From NCBI GenBank assembly GCA_031260015.1, contig JAIRKR010000054.1:1-45684 (forward strand): DNA of 45,684 nucleotides, in the 5' to 3' direction. Numbering within the stretch: position 1 is the stretch's first letter; every line of letters begins with the position of its first letter. Source of the DNA: Puniceicoccales bacterium (GTDB lineage Bacteria; Verrucomicrobiota; Verrucomicrobiia; Opitutales; UBA9783). Position numbers and translations under genes: made by a program. Below are positions 27,592 through 37,766 of the stretch, in pieces. The notes beneath the pieces are model-generated. The model was given only the letters and a program-made list of their open reading frames with translations. It made no database searches and was not told the DNA's origin.

Positions 27592-28650
27592 ATGAAAATT
27601 TTACTTACGGGAGGGGCTGGATTTATTGGGTCACACTTTGTAAAACAAGCAATTCAAAGTGGGCATGAAATTGTCAACGTCGATAAATTAACTTATGCGG
27701 GGAATTTAGACAACTTGGAAGAATACGCCCAAGCTTCTCAACATCACTTCTATAAAGAAGACATTGTAAACAGAGAAAATGTGCGTGCCATCTTTGAAAA
27801 AGAACAACCGGATGTGGTGGTGCACATGGCTGCCGAATCGCACGTCGATCGTTCCATCGAATCAGGCGATGCATTTTTACGGACAAATGTCACAGGAACG
27901 TATCATTTGCTTACCATTGCTCATCATTACTGGCAATCCTTGCCAAAAGAAAAACGCCTTTCTTTTCGGTTTGTACACTTATCCACAGACGAAGTTTTGG
28001 GGACTTTGCAACCTAATGAAGATAAATTTTGCGAAACCACCCCCTACCGTCCCAATTCTCCTTACGCTGCATCAAAGGCATCGTCAGATTTGTTCGTAAG
28101 GGCTTACCATCATACGTACGGATTACCCATCATTATTGTAAACACTACCAACAACTATGGGCCTTTTCAGTTTCCAGAAAAGCTTATACCAGTCGTCATC
28201 TTAAACGCGTTGGAACAAAAATCTATACCCGTATACGGCGACGGCAAACAAATTCGCGATTGGCTCTTTGTTGAAGATCACATCGAGGCTTTACTAAAGC
28301 TCATAACATATGGATGTATTGGAGAAACATATTGTATTGGAGGTGAAAATGAGTGGACTAATTTGGATGTTGTAAATGAGATTTGTACACTGCTGGATCG
28401 CATAAAACCGCTTGCTCAAGGCTCGTATAAAGATTTAATTGCATTTGTACAAGACCGCCCAGGGCACGATCGTCGTTATGCCGTTAATGCCAACAAAATT
28501 CATCAAGAACTGGGTTGGTTTGCACGTCATTCCATGCAAGAAGGATTACAAAAAACGGTTCAATGGTACGTTGATAATGCCGAAAGACTTAATACTTTAT
28601 TTGATCGACATCGATTGGGATTAAAAAATAATCATGAAAAAAATTTCTAA
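27592..28650 (+). CDS. rmlB: dTDP-glucose 4,6-dehydratase
   Basis: TGGAGFIGS, DKLTYAGN, AAESHVDRSI, STDEV, YAASK and DRPGHDRRYA. Confidence 0.97.
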   Translation: MKILLTGGAGFIGSHFVKQAIQSGHEIVNVDKLTYAGNLDNLEEYAQASQHHFYKEDIVNRENVRAIFEKEQPDVVVHMAAESHVDRSIESGDAFLRTNVTGTYHLLTIAHHYWQSLPKEKRLSFRFVHLSTDEVLGTLQPNEDKFCETTPYRPNSPYAASKASSDLFVRAYHHTYGLPIIIVNTTNNYGPFQFPEKLIPVVILNALEQKSIPVYGDGKQIRDWLFVEDHIEALLKLITYGCIGETYCIGGENEWTNLDVVNEICTLLDRIKPLAQGSYKDLIAFVQDRPGHDRRYAVNANKIHQELGWFARHSMQEGLQKTVQWYVDNAERLNTLFDRHRLGLKNNHEKNF

Positions 28651-29533
28651 AGGTATTATTTTAGCCGGTGGTAATGGTTCGCGTCTGTATCCGCTCACGC
28701 TGGCAACTAGCAAACAACTTTTTCCACTGTACAACAAACCAGTACTTTATTACCCTCTAACTACCCTCATGTTGGCTGGAGTTCGAGATATTCTCATCAT
28801 CTCAACGGAACGCGATCTACCTGCCATCCAAAATCTTTTGGGCACCGGAGAGCAATTTGGTATCCAATGCTCCTATAAAGTACAAACAAGCCCTAGGGGA
28901 TTGCCCGAAGCCTTTATTTTAGCGGAAGATTTTTTGCAAAATCAACCTTCTTTCCTAATCTTGGGAGATAACTTTTTCTACGGGCATCAATTGTCATCGC
29001 TTCTAGAACAGAGTATTATTATCACTACAGGGGCCCACCTGTTTTTACATCCCATTGATAATCCCAGTGCCTACGGAGTCCTCGAAGCCGATTCCAATGG
29101 TTGCGTTAAAGGTATCATCGAAAAACCAACAACATTCGTATCCAATCTAGCCATTACGGGTTTATACATTTTTGATGAACAAGCCTCTACTTTCGCAAAA
29201 CAGCTGAAACCATCAGCGCGTGGAGAAATAGAAATTACAGACCTTATTAAACTTTATTGGAAACAAAATCATCTAACTTATTCAATGCTGGGTCGCGGAT
29301 ACGTTTGGTACGATGTCGGCACACCTCAATCTCTATTGCAAGTAAGTAACTATGTGGAAATACTTGAAACACGACAGGGATTGTTTATCGCATCTCCCGA
29401 AGAGATTGCCCTACGATTAGGATATATTACACTGGATGACTTACGGAAATATATCGACAAAACGCCCCAATGTACCTATCGTCACTACCTAGAAAATCTT
29501 ATTCATCATGCAGACCATAAAAACAGACTTTGA
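28634..29533 (+). CDS. rmlA: Glucose-1-phosphate thymidylyltransferase
   Basis: KGIILAGGNGSRLYPLT, SKQL, LGDN and PSARGEIEITD. Confidence 0.97.
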   Translation: MKKISKGIILAGGNGSRLYPLTLATSKQLFPLYNKPVLYYPLTTLMLAGVRDILIISTERDLPAIQNLLGTGEQFGIQCSYKVQTSPRGLPEAFILAEDFLQNQPSFLILGDNFFYGHQLSSLLEQSIIITTGAHLFLHPIDNPSAYGVLEADSNGCVKGIIEKPTTFVSNLAITGLYIFDEQASTFAKQLKPSARGEIEITDLIKLYWKQNHLTYSMLGRGYVWYDVGTPQSLLQVSNYVEILETRQGLFIASPEEIALRLGYITLDDLRKYIDKTPQCTYRHYLENLIHHADHKNRL

Positions 29534-30038
29534 AGGTGTGTTGGTTTTTAAACCAATCACTTTTCAAGATACACGCGGTGCATTTTATGAAAACTGGCAT
29601 GAAGCAAAATATCGGGAAGCAGGCTTACACGTTCCATTTATTCAAGATGACTTTTCAATTTCAAAAAAACATGTTCTTCGAGGGTTGCATGGTCAACCCG
29701 GGCAAACACGGTTAATACAAACGGTTGTCGGAAAGGTATGGGACGTGTTAGTGGACATACGTCCGCAGTCAAAGACTTTTAAACGTTACTTTTCAATTAT
29801 TTTGTCCGAAGACGAACCTACTCAGGTCTTTGCTCCAGCCGGGTTCCTTCATGGCTTCTGTGTCTTAAGTGACCAGGCTGTTATGCATTACAAATGTTCA
29901 ACTTACTACGATAGAACCAAAGAATTTGGTTTTCGTTGGAATGATCCGGCCTTCCACATCGACTGGCCAAATGAAAATTTCATTTTAAGCGTTAAAGATT
30001 CTGAACAACCTTTTTTTAGATCTTCTTATGAATTATGA
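29508..30038 (+). CDS. rmlC: dTDP-4-dehydrorhamnose 3,5-epimerase
   Basis: DTRGAFYE, VLRGLH, VDIRPQS, HGFCVLS and RWNDP. Confidence 0.95.
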   Translation: MQTIKTDFEGVLVFKPITFQDTRGAFYENWHEAKYREAGLHVPFIQDDFSISKKHVLRGLHGQPGQTRLIQTVVGKVWDVLVDIRPQSKTFKRYFSIILSEDEPTQVFAPAGFLHGFCVLSDQAVMHYKCSTYYDRTKEFGFRWNDPAFHIDWPNENFILSVKDSEQPFFRSSYEL

Positions 30039-31173
30039 TAAAAACTTAGCTTCCAAGCTCTCAATATTTCTGCCGCTCAAAGGGCGTCCTTTGTTTACTT
30101 TGCGATATTTCTTGTACATGGAAGCAGTTGAGTGTCCGTTTCATATTTTAATAGCCGATGGAAGTTTGGATGAAGAAAACAAAAAAATTATAGACGATAA
30201 TAAACATCGATTTTCTCACGTATCCTTCGAATATTTACGTTATCCACCCGATAACACCATCCTTGACTTTGAACGTAAAATGGCAGATGCCTTGTCAAAG
30301 ATTAATACGCCTTATGTTGTGTGGCATAATAATGATGATTTTTCAATCGTAGGCTCTATGCTGGAATGCATTAAATTTATAGATAAAGACGAAAAAGGCG
30401 AATTTGTCGCGTGTGGTGGGCCAGCGTATCAATTCATGATACATAAAAATAAGCCTTTTGGAAATTTCACAAGCAATTTCGTTTGTAAAAACAAAAAGGA
30501 TGGTGTTTTATCTCTAGACACCAAGAGCCGTGTTTTGTCTTCAATGCCATTTTATCAAACAATCATACAAAATGTGATTTTACGTACAGATACATTTCAT
30601 CAAGCCTACCGAGAACTTGTTAAACATAACATAACAGATCTTTTGGTTTCCGAATATTTTTTGGTACGTTATCTTTTATGCAAAGGAAAATATAAGATAT
30701 TACATAACACGCCTTACTGGTTTTATCAAACAAACACATCAGTTTGGCAGCCGGAATTCTTTTTGAAAAAAGTATTGCTAGGTAGCTTTTTAGAAGAACA
30801 CAAGATAACTATGCACTTGATTGCAGAACAAATTGTCCAATCATCTTCATTGGACTTGACATCAGCGAACATTTCAGCTATACAAACGGAATTAGAAGAA
30901 CATTTTGTGAAATCTTTAAATGCAAAAACCCTAAAAGATTTTATCCAGCTTCAGACCGATTTATTAAATTGTCAATTCATTTTACAACTAATAGAGACTT
31001 ATCGGGGCCTTAAAAATTGCTTGATGCGATTTTACTGGACAAATTTAAAAAAATACAGTTGGTATCTTTTTGTATGGCTTCGTAACCCACGATTAGCGAC
31101 ACATGTGTTGCAATCTGTAAGCGCATTTCAAAAAGTGAGCAAACATCTTCCTGATGACATAAAAGGTAAATAG
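30028..31173 (+). CDS. GT-A fold glycosyltransferase (GT2/TIGR00180-like)
   Basis: LPLKGRP, ILIADGS and TPYVVWHNNDDF. Confidence 0.8.
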   Translation: MNYDKNLASKLSIFLPLKGRPLFTLRYFLYMEAVECPFHILIADGSLDEENKKIIDDNKHRFSHVSFEYLRYPPDNTILDFERKMADALSKINTPYVVWHNNDDFSIVGSMLECIKFIDKDEKGEFVACGGPAYQFMIHKNKPFGNFTSNFVCKNKKDGVLSLDTKSRVLSSMPFYQTIIQNVILRTDTFHQAYRELVKHNITDLLVSEYFLVRYLLCKGKYKILHNTPYWFYQTNTSVWQPEFFLKKVLLGSFLEEHKITMHLIAEQIVQSSSLDLTSANISAIQTELEEHFVKSLNAKTLKDFIQLQTDLLNCQFILQLIETYRGLKNCLMRFYWTNLKKYSWYLFVWLRNPRLATHVLQSVSAFQKVSKHLPDDIKGK

Positions 31174-31382
31174 ATACATTTAAAATAAAAAAGAACAAAG
31201 TACAATGTCGTAATTTATAACTTATTGTAAAGAGGGTATATTTTAGCCTTTTGGTGGTATGAGTTAGCTTCTATGTTAATAAGTAATTTAAATCTTCTGT
31301 AAATACATATTATGTTGGTTTGTTTTACAAAATAACAAAGATGGTGGAGTCTATTGTTCTAAAAAACTCATTAAATTTTTTA

Positions 31383-32843
31383 TTACCAATTCTCCAACAA
31401 CTTAAAAACCCACCGATACAAGTTCTTAAATTCTAAATGCGCCGCTTCTGATCTAAATTTTTCGGGTACATAGATGGCAAATAGATTAGCGGTGGCATTG
31501 GCTGGATTCTCTTGGGAGCAAACTTGACGTCCATGATCGCCATGCAAAATAATAATGGGTGCTTGATGATTTTCGGCATGTTGGTTTATAATATCACGAA
31601 GCACTGGCAAAACAAGTTGATTGATAGCTCGTATTTGATTTACATATCTCTTTTTGAAAGCCTCTTGTTGTTCATCCGTGGCAACGATGTTTTGTTGTTT
31701 TTGCAATAAAACCCCTTCAAAAGTTTGTTCTTGAGATATATTGCCGTTTTCATCAAAAACTAAAGGCTCATGTGGGGATAAAATGTGTGCGTAAAAATAT
31801 TGATTTTGGAAACCGTAACGAGATGGACTTTCGTGCAATAAGGCCAATATAGTTTTTATTTCATAGATATGCTGTTGATAATACTTTTGAAGCATACAGT
31901 TTTCGAAGACATGTTTTAAAAGCGTGTCACTTGTAACTGCCAAAAAAGTTTTTACAAAATTACTTACTTTGAGCTCGTTCGCCGGCATGTAAGGCGACTG
32001 GTATATACCTACATGTTCTAACAAATGAAGTTGATAGTTTTTTTGCGACAACGATGGCCAAACCTCATTACAATTTAGTTTATGATGAAAATATGTGTCT
32101 GTTTCTGACAATTCCTTGGAATGTTGACATCCAAAATTAAGTACAGAAGACATCGATAGATACGTACCACTGTAATCACTGTGCGAATCCTTTTGACAGA
32201 CAAAGCCTAATTGCTCTAAAGCATTGTAAAAGTCAGAGTTGTCATATCCATAAGTTTCTTTGAGAACATGATAATTGGTATAAGCGTCTAAAATGATATG
32301 ATAAATATTTGGAAGTTTTTCAATACTTTGATTCTTTATGATGGGAAGCTTTGCATTTTGCCTATGAAAGTAATTCAAAACCGTTTGTCCTAATAGAAAA
32401 CAGCTTATACACATTACCCATACATTTAAGATACGATTCAATTTAGTAAAATTAAACTTTTTTCGCAAAATTCGCCAAAAAAGAAATGTAACCATTCCAA
32501 AAACAAATGCGAAAAGCATCGCTAGGCTCCATTTGTATGTTACTATGATGGGTGCAACCTGTGGTGGTAAGACCGAACTATCCCAGATGGCAATCCGATG
32601 GCGTCCAAATATTAAAATTCTTGCGATAGGAATGCTATACCAAAAAGATAACCATCCAAAACTAACGAGAGGGAAATAAGCGTTGTACGTTTTTTTGCAA
32701 ATAAGTCTTAAAAATCCGTTAATACAAGCTGTTACAATGCCTAAAGCAATGGCGATAATAACGATATGCTGCAGTGGTAACTCATCACAATTTTTTATGT
32801 AAATCCAACATATGGGCAAAATAGCAAAAAAATATATATGCAT
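31383..32843 (-). CDS. Membrane sulfatase-like (alkaline phosphatase superfamily) protein
   Basis: About 5 TM segments, LPNIYHIILDAY, YSGTYLSMSS, HILSPHEP, IIILHGDHG and NLYRWVF. Confidence 0.85.
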   Translation of the reverse strand: MHIYFFAILPICWIYIKNCDELPLQHIVIIAIALGIVTACINGFLRLICKKTYNAYFPLVSFGWLSFWYSIPIARILIFGRHRIAIWDSSVLPPQVAPIIVTYKWSLAMLFAFVFGMVTFLFWRILRKKFNFTKLNRILNVWVMCISCFLLGQTVLNYFHRQNAKLPIIKNQSIEKLPNIYHIILDAYTNYHVLKETYGYDNSDFYNALEQLGFVCQKDSHSDYSGTYLSMSSVLNFGCQHSKELSETDTYFHHKLNCNEVWPSLSQKNYQLHLLEHVGIYQSPYMPANELKVSNFVKTFLAVTSDTLLKHVFENCMLQKYYQQHIYEIKTILALLHESPSRYGFQNQYFYAHILSPHEPLVFDENGNISQEQTFEGVLLQKQQNIVATDEQQEAFKKRYVNQIRAINQLVLPVLRDIINQHAENHQAPIIILHGDHGRQVCSQENPANATANLFAIYVPEKFRSEAAHLEFKNLYRWVFKLLENW

Positions 32844-32857
32844 CTACAAATCTTTAT

Positions 32858-33567
32858 TTACTTCAGCTTTTGACCAATGTATATCAAATTAGGCTTATGG
32901 CCATAATAAAATTTATATGCTATCCCATAAAATTTATTTAGATACCAATAACCGGTAAAAGCTGTTTCAAAACAGTATTTTTCAATAAACCCACATGAAC
33001 GCATCCGTTCAACGAGTGTGGAAGTGGTCCACTGAGACATATGTTGAACACGATGGAACATCGCTCCACAGCAAGGACATAAAGCTTTTTCCTTGAAAAA
33101 GTTTTCTTTATTTGGTGTCGTGAGCACTAGACTTCCTCCAATTTTTAGTAAATGAAAAATTCGTTTTAAACACTCATCAAGTTTGTCAGGTAAGATATGT
33201 TCAATACATTCTACAAGAAAAATAACATCAAAAAACAGCTTTTTATTATTGAAAAAACCATCATTTGTGACTTCACAGCCCTTAAAGTTTTTCTGTTCAG
33301 AAAAATTTTTATCAACAATACTTACATTTCTAGTAGAAATATCTAACCCATATAAAAAACACTTTCTATTTCTTAATAATAGATCAAATACCCAACACCA
33401 CACCCAAAATCAAGCACATTTCCTTCGAGCAATACTTTTCCCCTTATCGCACGTAATATATCTTTTCCAAATTTTTTAGAAAAATACTGCTTCGACATAA
33501 CCTGAGTATACGCACTCCAAAAGTTCTCAACATTTGTCTCATTCCATAAAAAATCAAATCTATTTAC
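32858..33567 (-). pseudogene. Class I SAM methyltransferase, frameshifted
   Basis: The upstream frame encodes WNETNVENFW...VLDFGCGVGYL and then stops; the ORF 32858..33403 frame carries GLDIS, ECIEHI and TTPNKE. GTA sits where a start codon is expected after AGGAG. Confidence 0.8.
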
Positions 33568-33579
33568 CTTTCCGCTCCT

Positions 33580-34932
33580 TTACCTCCCTACTCCAAGTGC
33601 TTCAAAACCTATGTCGCGTAAGGTTTGCAAGTTAAGTAAGTTTCGGCCATCGAAGATGAAGGCCGGTTTTTTCATCGAGTGATACAATTTCATATAATCA
33701 AGATTTTTAAATAATTCCCATTCGGTTAAAATGATGATGGCGTGGGCATCTTTTGCGACAGCGTATGGATTGGATTCAACAGAAAAGCTTTGCGGCTCAA
33801 ATGTTTGTAAATTTTTACGAATGCTGGATTCCGAAACTTCAGGATCGTAGATAGCCAACGTTGCCTGTTCGTATAAAAGTTCTTCGCAAACGGTTAACGC
33901 CGGTGTTTCTCGGGTATCATTCGTATCCTTCTTAAACGCGAATCCGAAAATGGCTAATTTCTTACCGGCCAACGTATTGAACAACGTATGAACAATTTTC
34001 TGCGAAAAGCGATGTTTTTGGTATTCATTCATGATGACCACCTGTTCCCAATAATGGGCTACTTGCGGTAATCCAAAATATTCGCACAGGTAGACTAAAT
34101 TGAGTAGGTCTTTTTTGAAACAAGAACCCCCAAATCCTACCGAACTTTGCAAAAATTGCGGGCCGATACGCGTATCGGTTCCAATAGCTAAAGCCAGTTC
34201 TTCAACATTTGCACCCGATTTTTCGCAGAGTGCCGAAAGGGCATTTATGGATGAAATACGTTGGGCCAAAAACGCATTTGCACTCAGTTTAGATAACTCG
34301 GACGACCAAACGCTTTGCACAATAATCTTATGCTTGGGGACCCAGTGTTCGTAAATACTGGATAAGGTCTGAACGGCCGTTTGCCCATGTTTGGTTGCAT
34401 CTCCACCGATAAGGATGCGGTCTGGGTGCTTTAAATCATGGATTGCACTTCCTTCTGCCATGAATTCGGGGTTGGATAACACTTCAAAATGGCAACCACG
34501 GGCATTGGAGTTCAAAATTCTACGGATTTTTTCGGCCGTACGGACCGGAATTGTTGATTTTTCAACGATAACTTTGTCCTGGGTAGCCACCTGAGCGATA
34601 CGGCGCACGGCACTTTCAATATACTTTAAATCCGATGCTTTACCAGCTCCATCGCCGTACGTTTTGACGGGTGTATTCACCGACAAAAAAATAACATCCG
34701 ACTCGGCAATTGCCCTGTCGATATCGGTTGAAAAAAATAAATTACGTCCACGAACGGATTGTACAATGGCGTTGAGTCCCGGTTCATATACGGGAAGTTG
34801 GTCCGAGTTCCAAGCTTGGATGCGTGCTTCGTCCACATCCACCACAAAGACATCAATTTCGGGACACTGTTCGGCAATGACCACCATCGTTGGTCCACCA
34901 ACATAACCCGCTCCAATGCTACAAATTTTCAT
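33580..34932 (-). CDS. ugd: UDP-glucose 6-dehydrogenase
   Basis: MKICSIGAGYVGG (ATG 34932), EKSTIP, NPEFMAEG, GFGGSCFKKD and FDGRN. Confidence 0.97.
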   Translation of the reverse strand: MKICSIGAGYVGGPTMVVIAEQCPEIDVFVVDVDEARIQAWNSDQLPVYEPGLNAIVQSVRGRNLFFSTDIDRAIAESDVIFLSVNTPVKTYGDGAGKASDLKYIESAVRRIAQVATQDKVIVEKSTIPVRTAEKIRRILNSNARGCHFEVLSNPEFMAEGSAIHDLKHPDRILIGGDATKHGQTAVQTLSSIYEHWVPKHKIIVQSVWSSELSKLSANAFLAQRISSINALSALCEKSGANVEELALAIGTDTRIGPQFLQSSVGFGGSCFKKDLLNLVYLCEYFGLPQVAHYWEQVVIMNEYQKHRFSQKIVHTLFNTLAGKKLAIFGFAFKKDTNDTRETPALTVCEELLYEQATLAIYDPEVSESSIRKNLQTFEPQSFSVESNPYAVAKDAHAIIILTEWELFKNLDYMKLYHSMKKPAFIFDGRNLLNLQTLRDIGFEALGVGR

Positions 34933-35131
34933 TTGATTGCCTTTTAAGAAAAACGATCCTATCGCAATATGCAATCACCAATAACTGTAAAAATCCTATA
35001 ATGACCCAAAAATATATACAATCTTGGTCAATTAAATAGCTTTACCTATTTTAATCATCATTGGAATATTTGGGTGGACGAGTTGGGTAATATTCATTTA
35101 CATCTAAAATCCTAAGTATTAAAGATTCATT

Positions 35132-36590
35132 ATGTTATTTTGCGATCCAAAGTATTTTGCAATTTTTTTACCCATAGCGGCATTTTTATATTGGTTTTCA
35201 ATAGGGAAAGGTAAATTTCGTTGGACGTTACCTCTACTGATAATTGCATCCACCGTATTTTACGCCACGTGGAGCATCAAGTTTTTCGTTCTGTTGACGT
35301 TGTCCGCTTGCATCAATTATACTTTCGGATACTTACTATTGGTTCTTGGAGAGGAGAGGAGCAACCAGGCGAAAACAGTGGCTCATTTTAGGCATCTTAT
35401 TCAATATTGGATTGTTGGGGTACTTTAAATATTTCAATTTTTTCGTCGACAACTGTAATCACTTTTTCGGTACACAATGGAACGTTGCTAAAATCATTCT
35501 TCCTTTGGGTATCAGTTTTTATACTTTCCAACAACTTGCCTACCTCATCGATGCCTACAAACGTACCGTTGCACGTTGTTCTTTGGGACAATATGTATTG
35601 TTCGTAATCTTCTTTCCGCAGTTAGTTGCAGGCCCCATTGTGCATTATCAAGAAATGATTCCACAATTGGGGAAGGTACGAGTCATCGATTGGGAATCGA
35701 TGTACCGTGGAATTACCATTTTTGTTATTGGATTGGCTAAAAAAATTCTTATCGCGGATACGCTCGCTACTTATGTCCAAAACGGCTACGCACACGTGGA
35801 TCAATTGGCCTTTGTAAGTACGTGGATCGTAAGTTTATGCTATACGTTTCAACTCTACTTCGACTTCAGCGGGTACGCCGACATGGCTATCGGTTCAGGC
35901 TTGCTATTCGGCATCAGGCTTCCAGAGAACTTCAATTCTCCCTATCAAGCCCTCGACATCCAAGATTTTTGGCGGCGTTGGCACATGACCCTTAGTACGT
36001 GGTTGAAAAATTACATCTACATCTCACTTGGAGGTAGTCGTTGTTCGCGAGCACGCACATGCGTAAATTTGTTTCTTACATTTTTTATCGGTGGCATTTG
36101 GCATGGAGCCGGTTGGGGATTTATCATTTGGGGTACTTTACACGGCTTGGCAACCATTGTACACCGATTGTGGCAATTAACGGGGATCCACTTCAGCAAA
36201 TTTGCTGCATGGCTGATCACTTTCAACTTTATCAACATTGCTTGGATATTCTTCCGAGCAGAATCATTATCTAAAGCCACAACAGTTTTGAGAAAAATGT
36301 TTGATCTAAGTTGCCTCAATGCTGTGGATGCATGCACAACCTTGCGAGAGGCAATACAGCTCATCGGCGGCACATTGTTTTCCGGAAATCAATGTTTAAA
36401 ACTTATACTTATGTGTTGTGCTCTAGCTTTTCTATGCCTGTGTTTCAAAAATGCTCAACGCTGGACCGAGCGATTGACCTTGAGGCCATTATTTCTCAAA
36501 ACGTGCATCTTAAGCCTAATTGTATGGCTTTCATGGACTATAATGGCTCAACGCTCCGACAAAATTGAATTTCTCTACTGGCAATTTTAG
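35132..36590 (+). pseudogene. MBOAT O-acyltransferase (AlgI/PatA/DltB-like), frameshifted after about codon 72
   Basis: LPLGISFYTFQ, FFPQLVAGPI, DFSGYADMAIG, FWRRWHMTLS and GIWHGAGW. The N-terminal ORF 35132.. is one base out of frame around the GGAGA repeat at 35348-35361. Confidence 0.88.
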
Positions 36591-36596
36591 TTTTTC

Positions 36597-37766
36597 ATGC
36601 AAGCAAAACGCCAAGTTATCTTCTTTATCTTGCTCAACGTATGTTTGTTTGCAGGTATGGTTGCCTTTAATTACATCATCGATCCCTTCTGTATTTTCCA
36701 TAAACCCATTTTTAAGAAACCGATTTTTTTAGGCCACGAGGTTTTCATGAATCTTGGACAAATTGAAACTTTTCTCAAAAAAACGGACGATTATGATACC
36801 ATTTTGTTAGGTACTTCACACACAGAAAATTTCCTTGCGGATGAAATCACCCAAGCATTGAAAAGCAAAGGGACGCTTAAATTATGTCTAAGTGGAGGCT
36901 ATCCCGTTGAATTGGAAGCAATCGTACAAAAAGCGCTGACAACGGGTAAAGTAAAAAATATTGTTTGGGGATTTGAATTATTTCAGTTTATTTTACCCGC
37001 TTACACACCCCATGAAAGTCGTATATTCCCGTATCACTTGTATAAAAATAAATTGCCATTACTGTTTGACGCGCGCGTATTAAGGTCATCCCTTAAGCTA
37101 CTATTATTGCATTACGAGCTTAAAAATATTAAATTTTCATGGCATTACAACAATACGCTCAGTTCTGTGTATTTCTATCATAATCTACCCTGTATTTTTG
37201 ATATGCATAAACGTTTTGTTGCTCCAGATACCTTAAAGAAAAGCCGAGATACTCGTTACCATTATGATATATTCAAATGCCCCAATTGGGATACAACTTT
37301 TTCAGCCATTGACACGCACCTTATTCCCATTATAGAAGCACATCCTGAAATTCAATTCTACATTCCCATAATACCCTACAGTTGGATTTATTTTGTATCA
37401 AAAGGTTTTGAAAATACAGAAAAAATAATACTTTGCCAACGATACTTATGTAAGCGAGCTTCTGCGTTTAAGAATACACGTTTGTACGCCTTTCACACAT
37501 GTCAATTCCCGCACAATCTAGCTAACTACTATAATGAAACCCATTATCACCCCGACATTAACCGTTATGTGTTGTATGCAATCCAAAATAATCGACATCG
37601 ATTGACGATGGAAAACTTGGAACAACACGAACAGGCAATGATTGAAAATTTAAAGGCGTTCGAGATAAAAGATGCTTATCCTCATATGGATAGTCTCGAA
37701 GATATCATACGGCAGGAAGAAGCAAAATCATCCCCTTTGGATAAACCATTGTTGAGCCACAAATAA
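36597..37766 (+). CDS. Membrane-anchored SGNH-like partner of the MBOAT (AlgJ/DltD-like role)
   Basis: N-terminal TM ending NYIIDP, LLGTSH and YYNETHY; directly follows the MBOAT gene. Confidence 0.7.
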   Translation: MQAKRQVIFFILLNVCLFAGMVAFNYIIDPFCIFHKPIFKKPIFLGHEVFMNLGQIETFLKKTDDYDTILLGTSHTENFLADEITQALKSKGTLKLCLSGGYPVELEAIVQKALTTGKVKNIVWGFELFQFILPAYTPHESRIFPYHLYKNKLPLLFDARVLRSSLKLLLLHYELKNIKFSWHYNNTLSSVYFYHNLPCIFDMHKRFVAPDTLKKSRDTRYHYDIFKCPNWDTTFSAIDTHLIPIIEAHPEIQFYIPIIPYSWIYFVSKGFENTEKIILCQRYLCKRASAFKNTRLYAFHTCQFPHNLANYYNETHYHPDINRYVLYAIQNNRHRLTMENLEQHEQAMIENLKAFEIKDAYPHMDSLEDIIRQEEAKSSPLDKPLLSHK

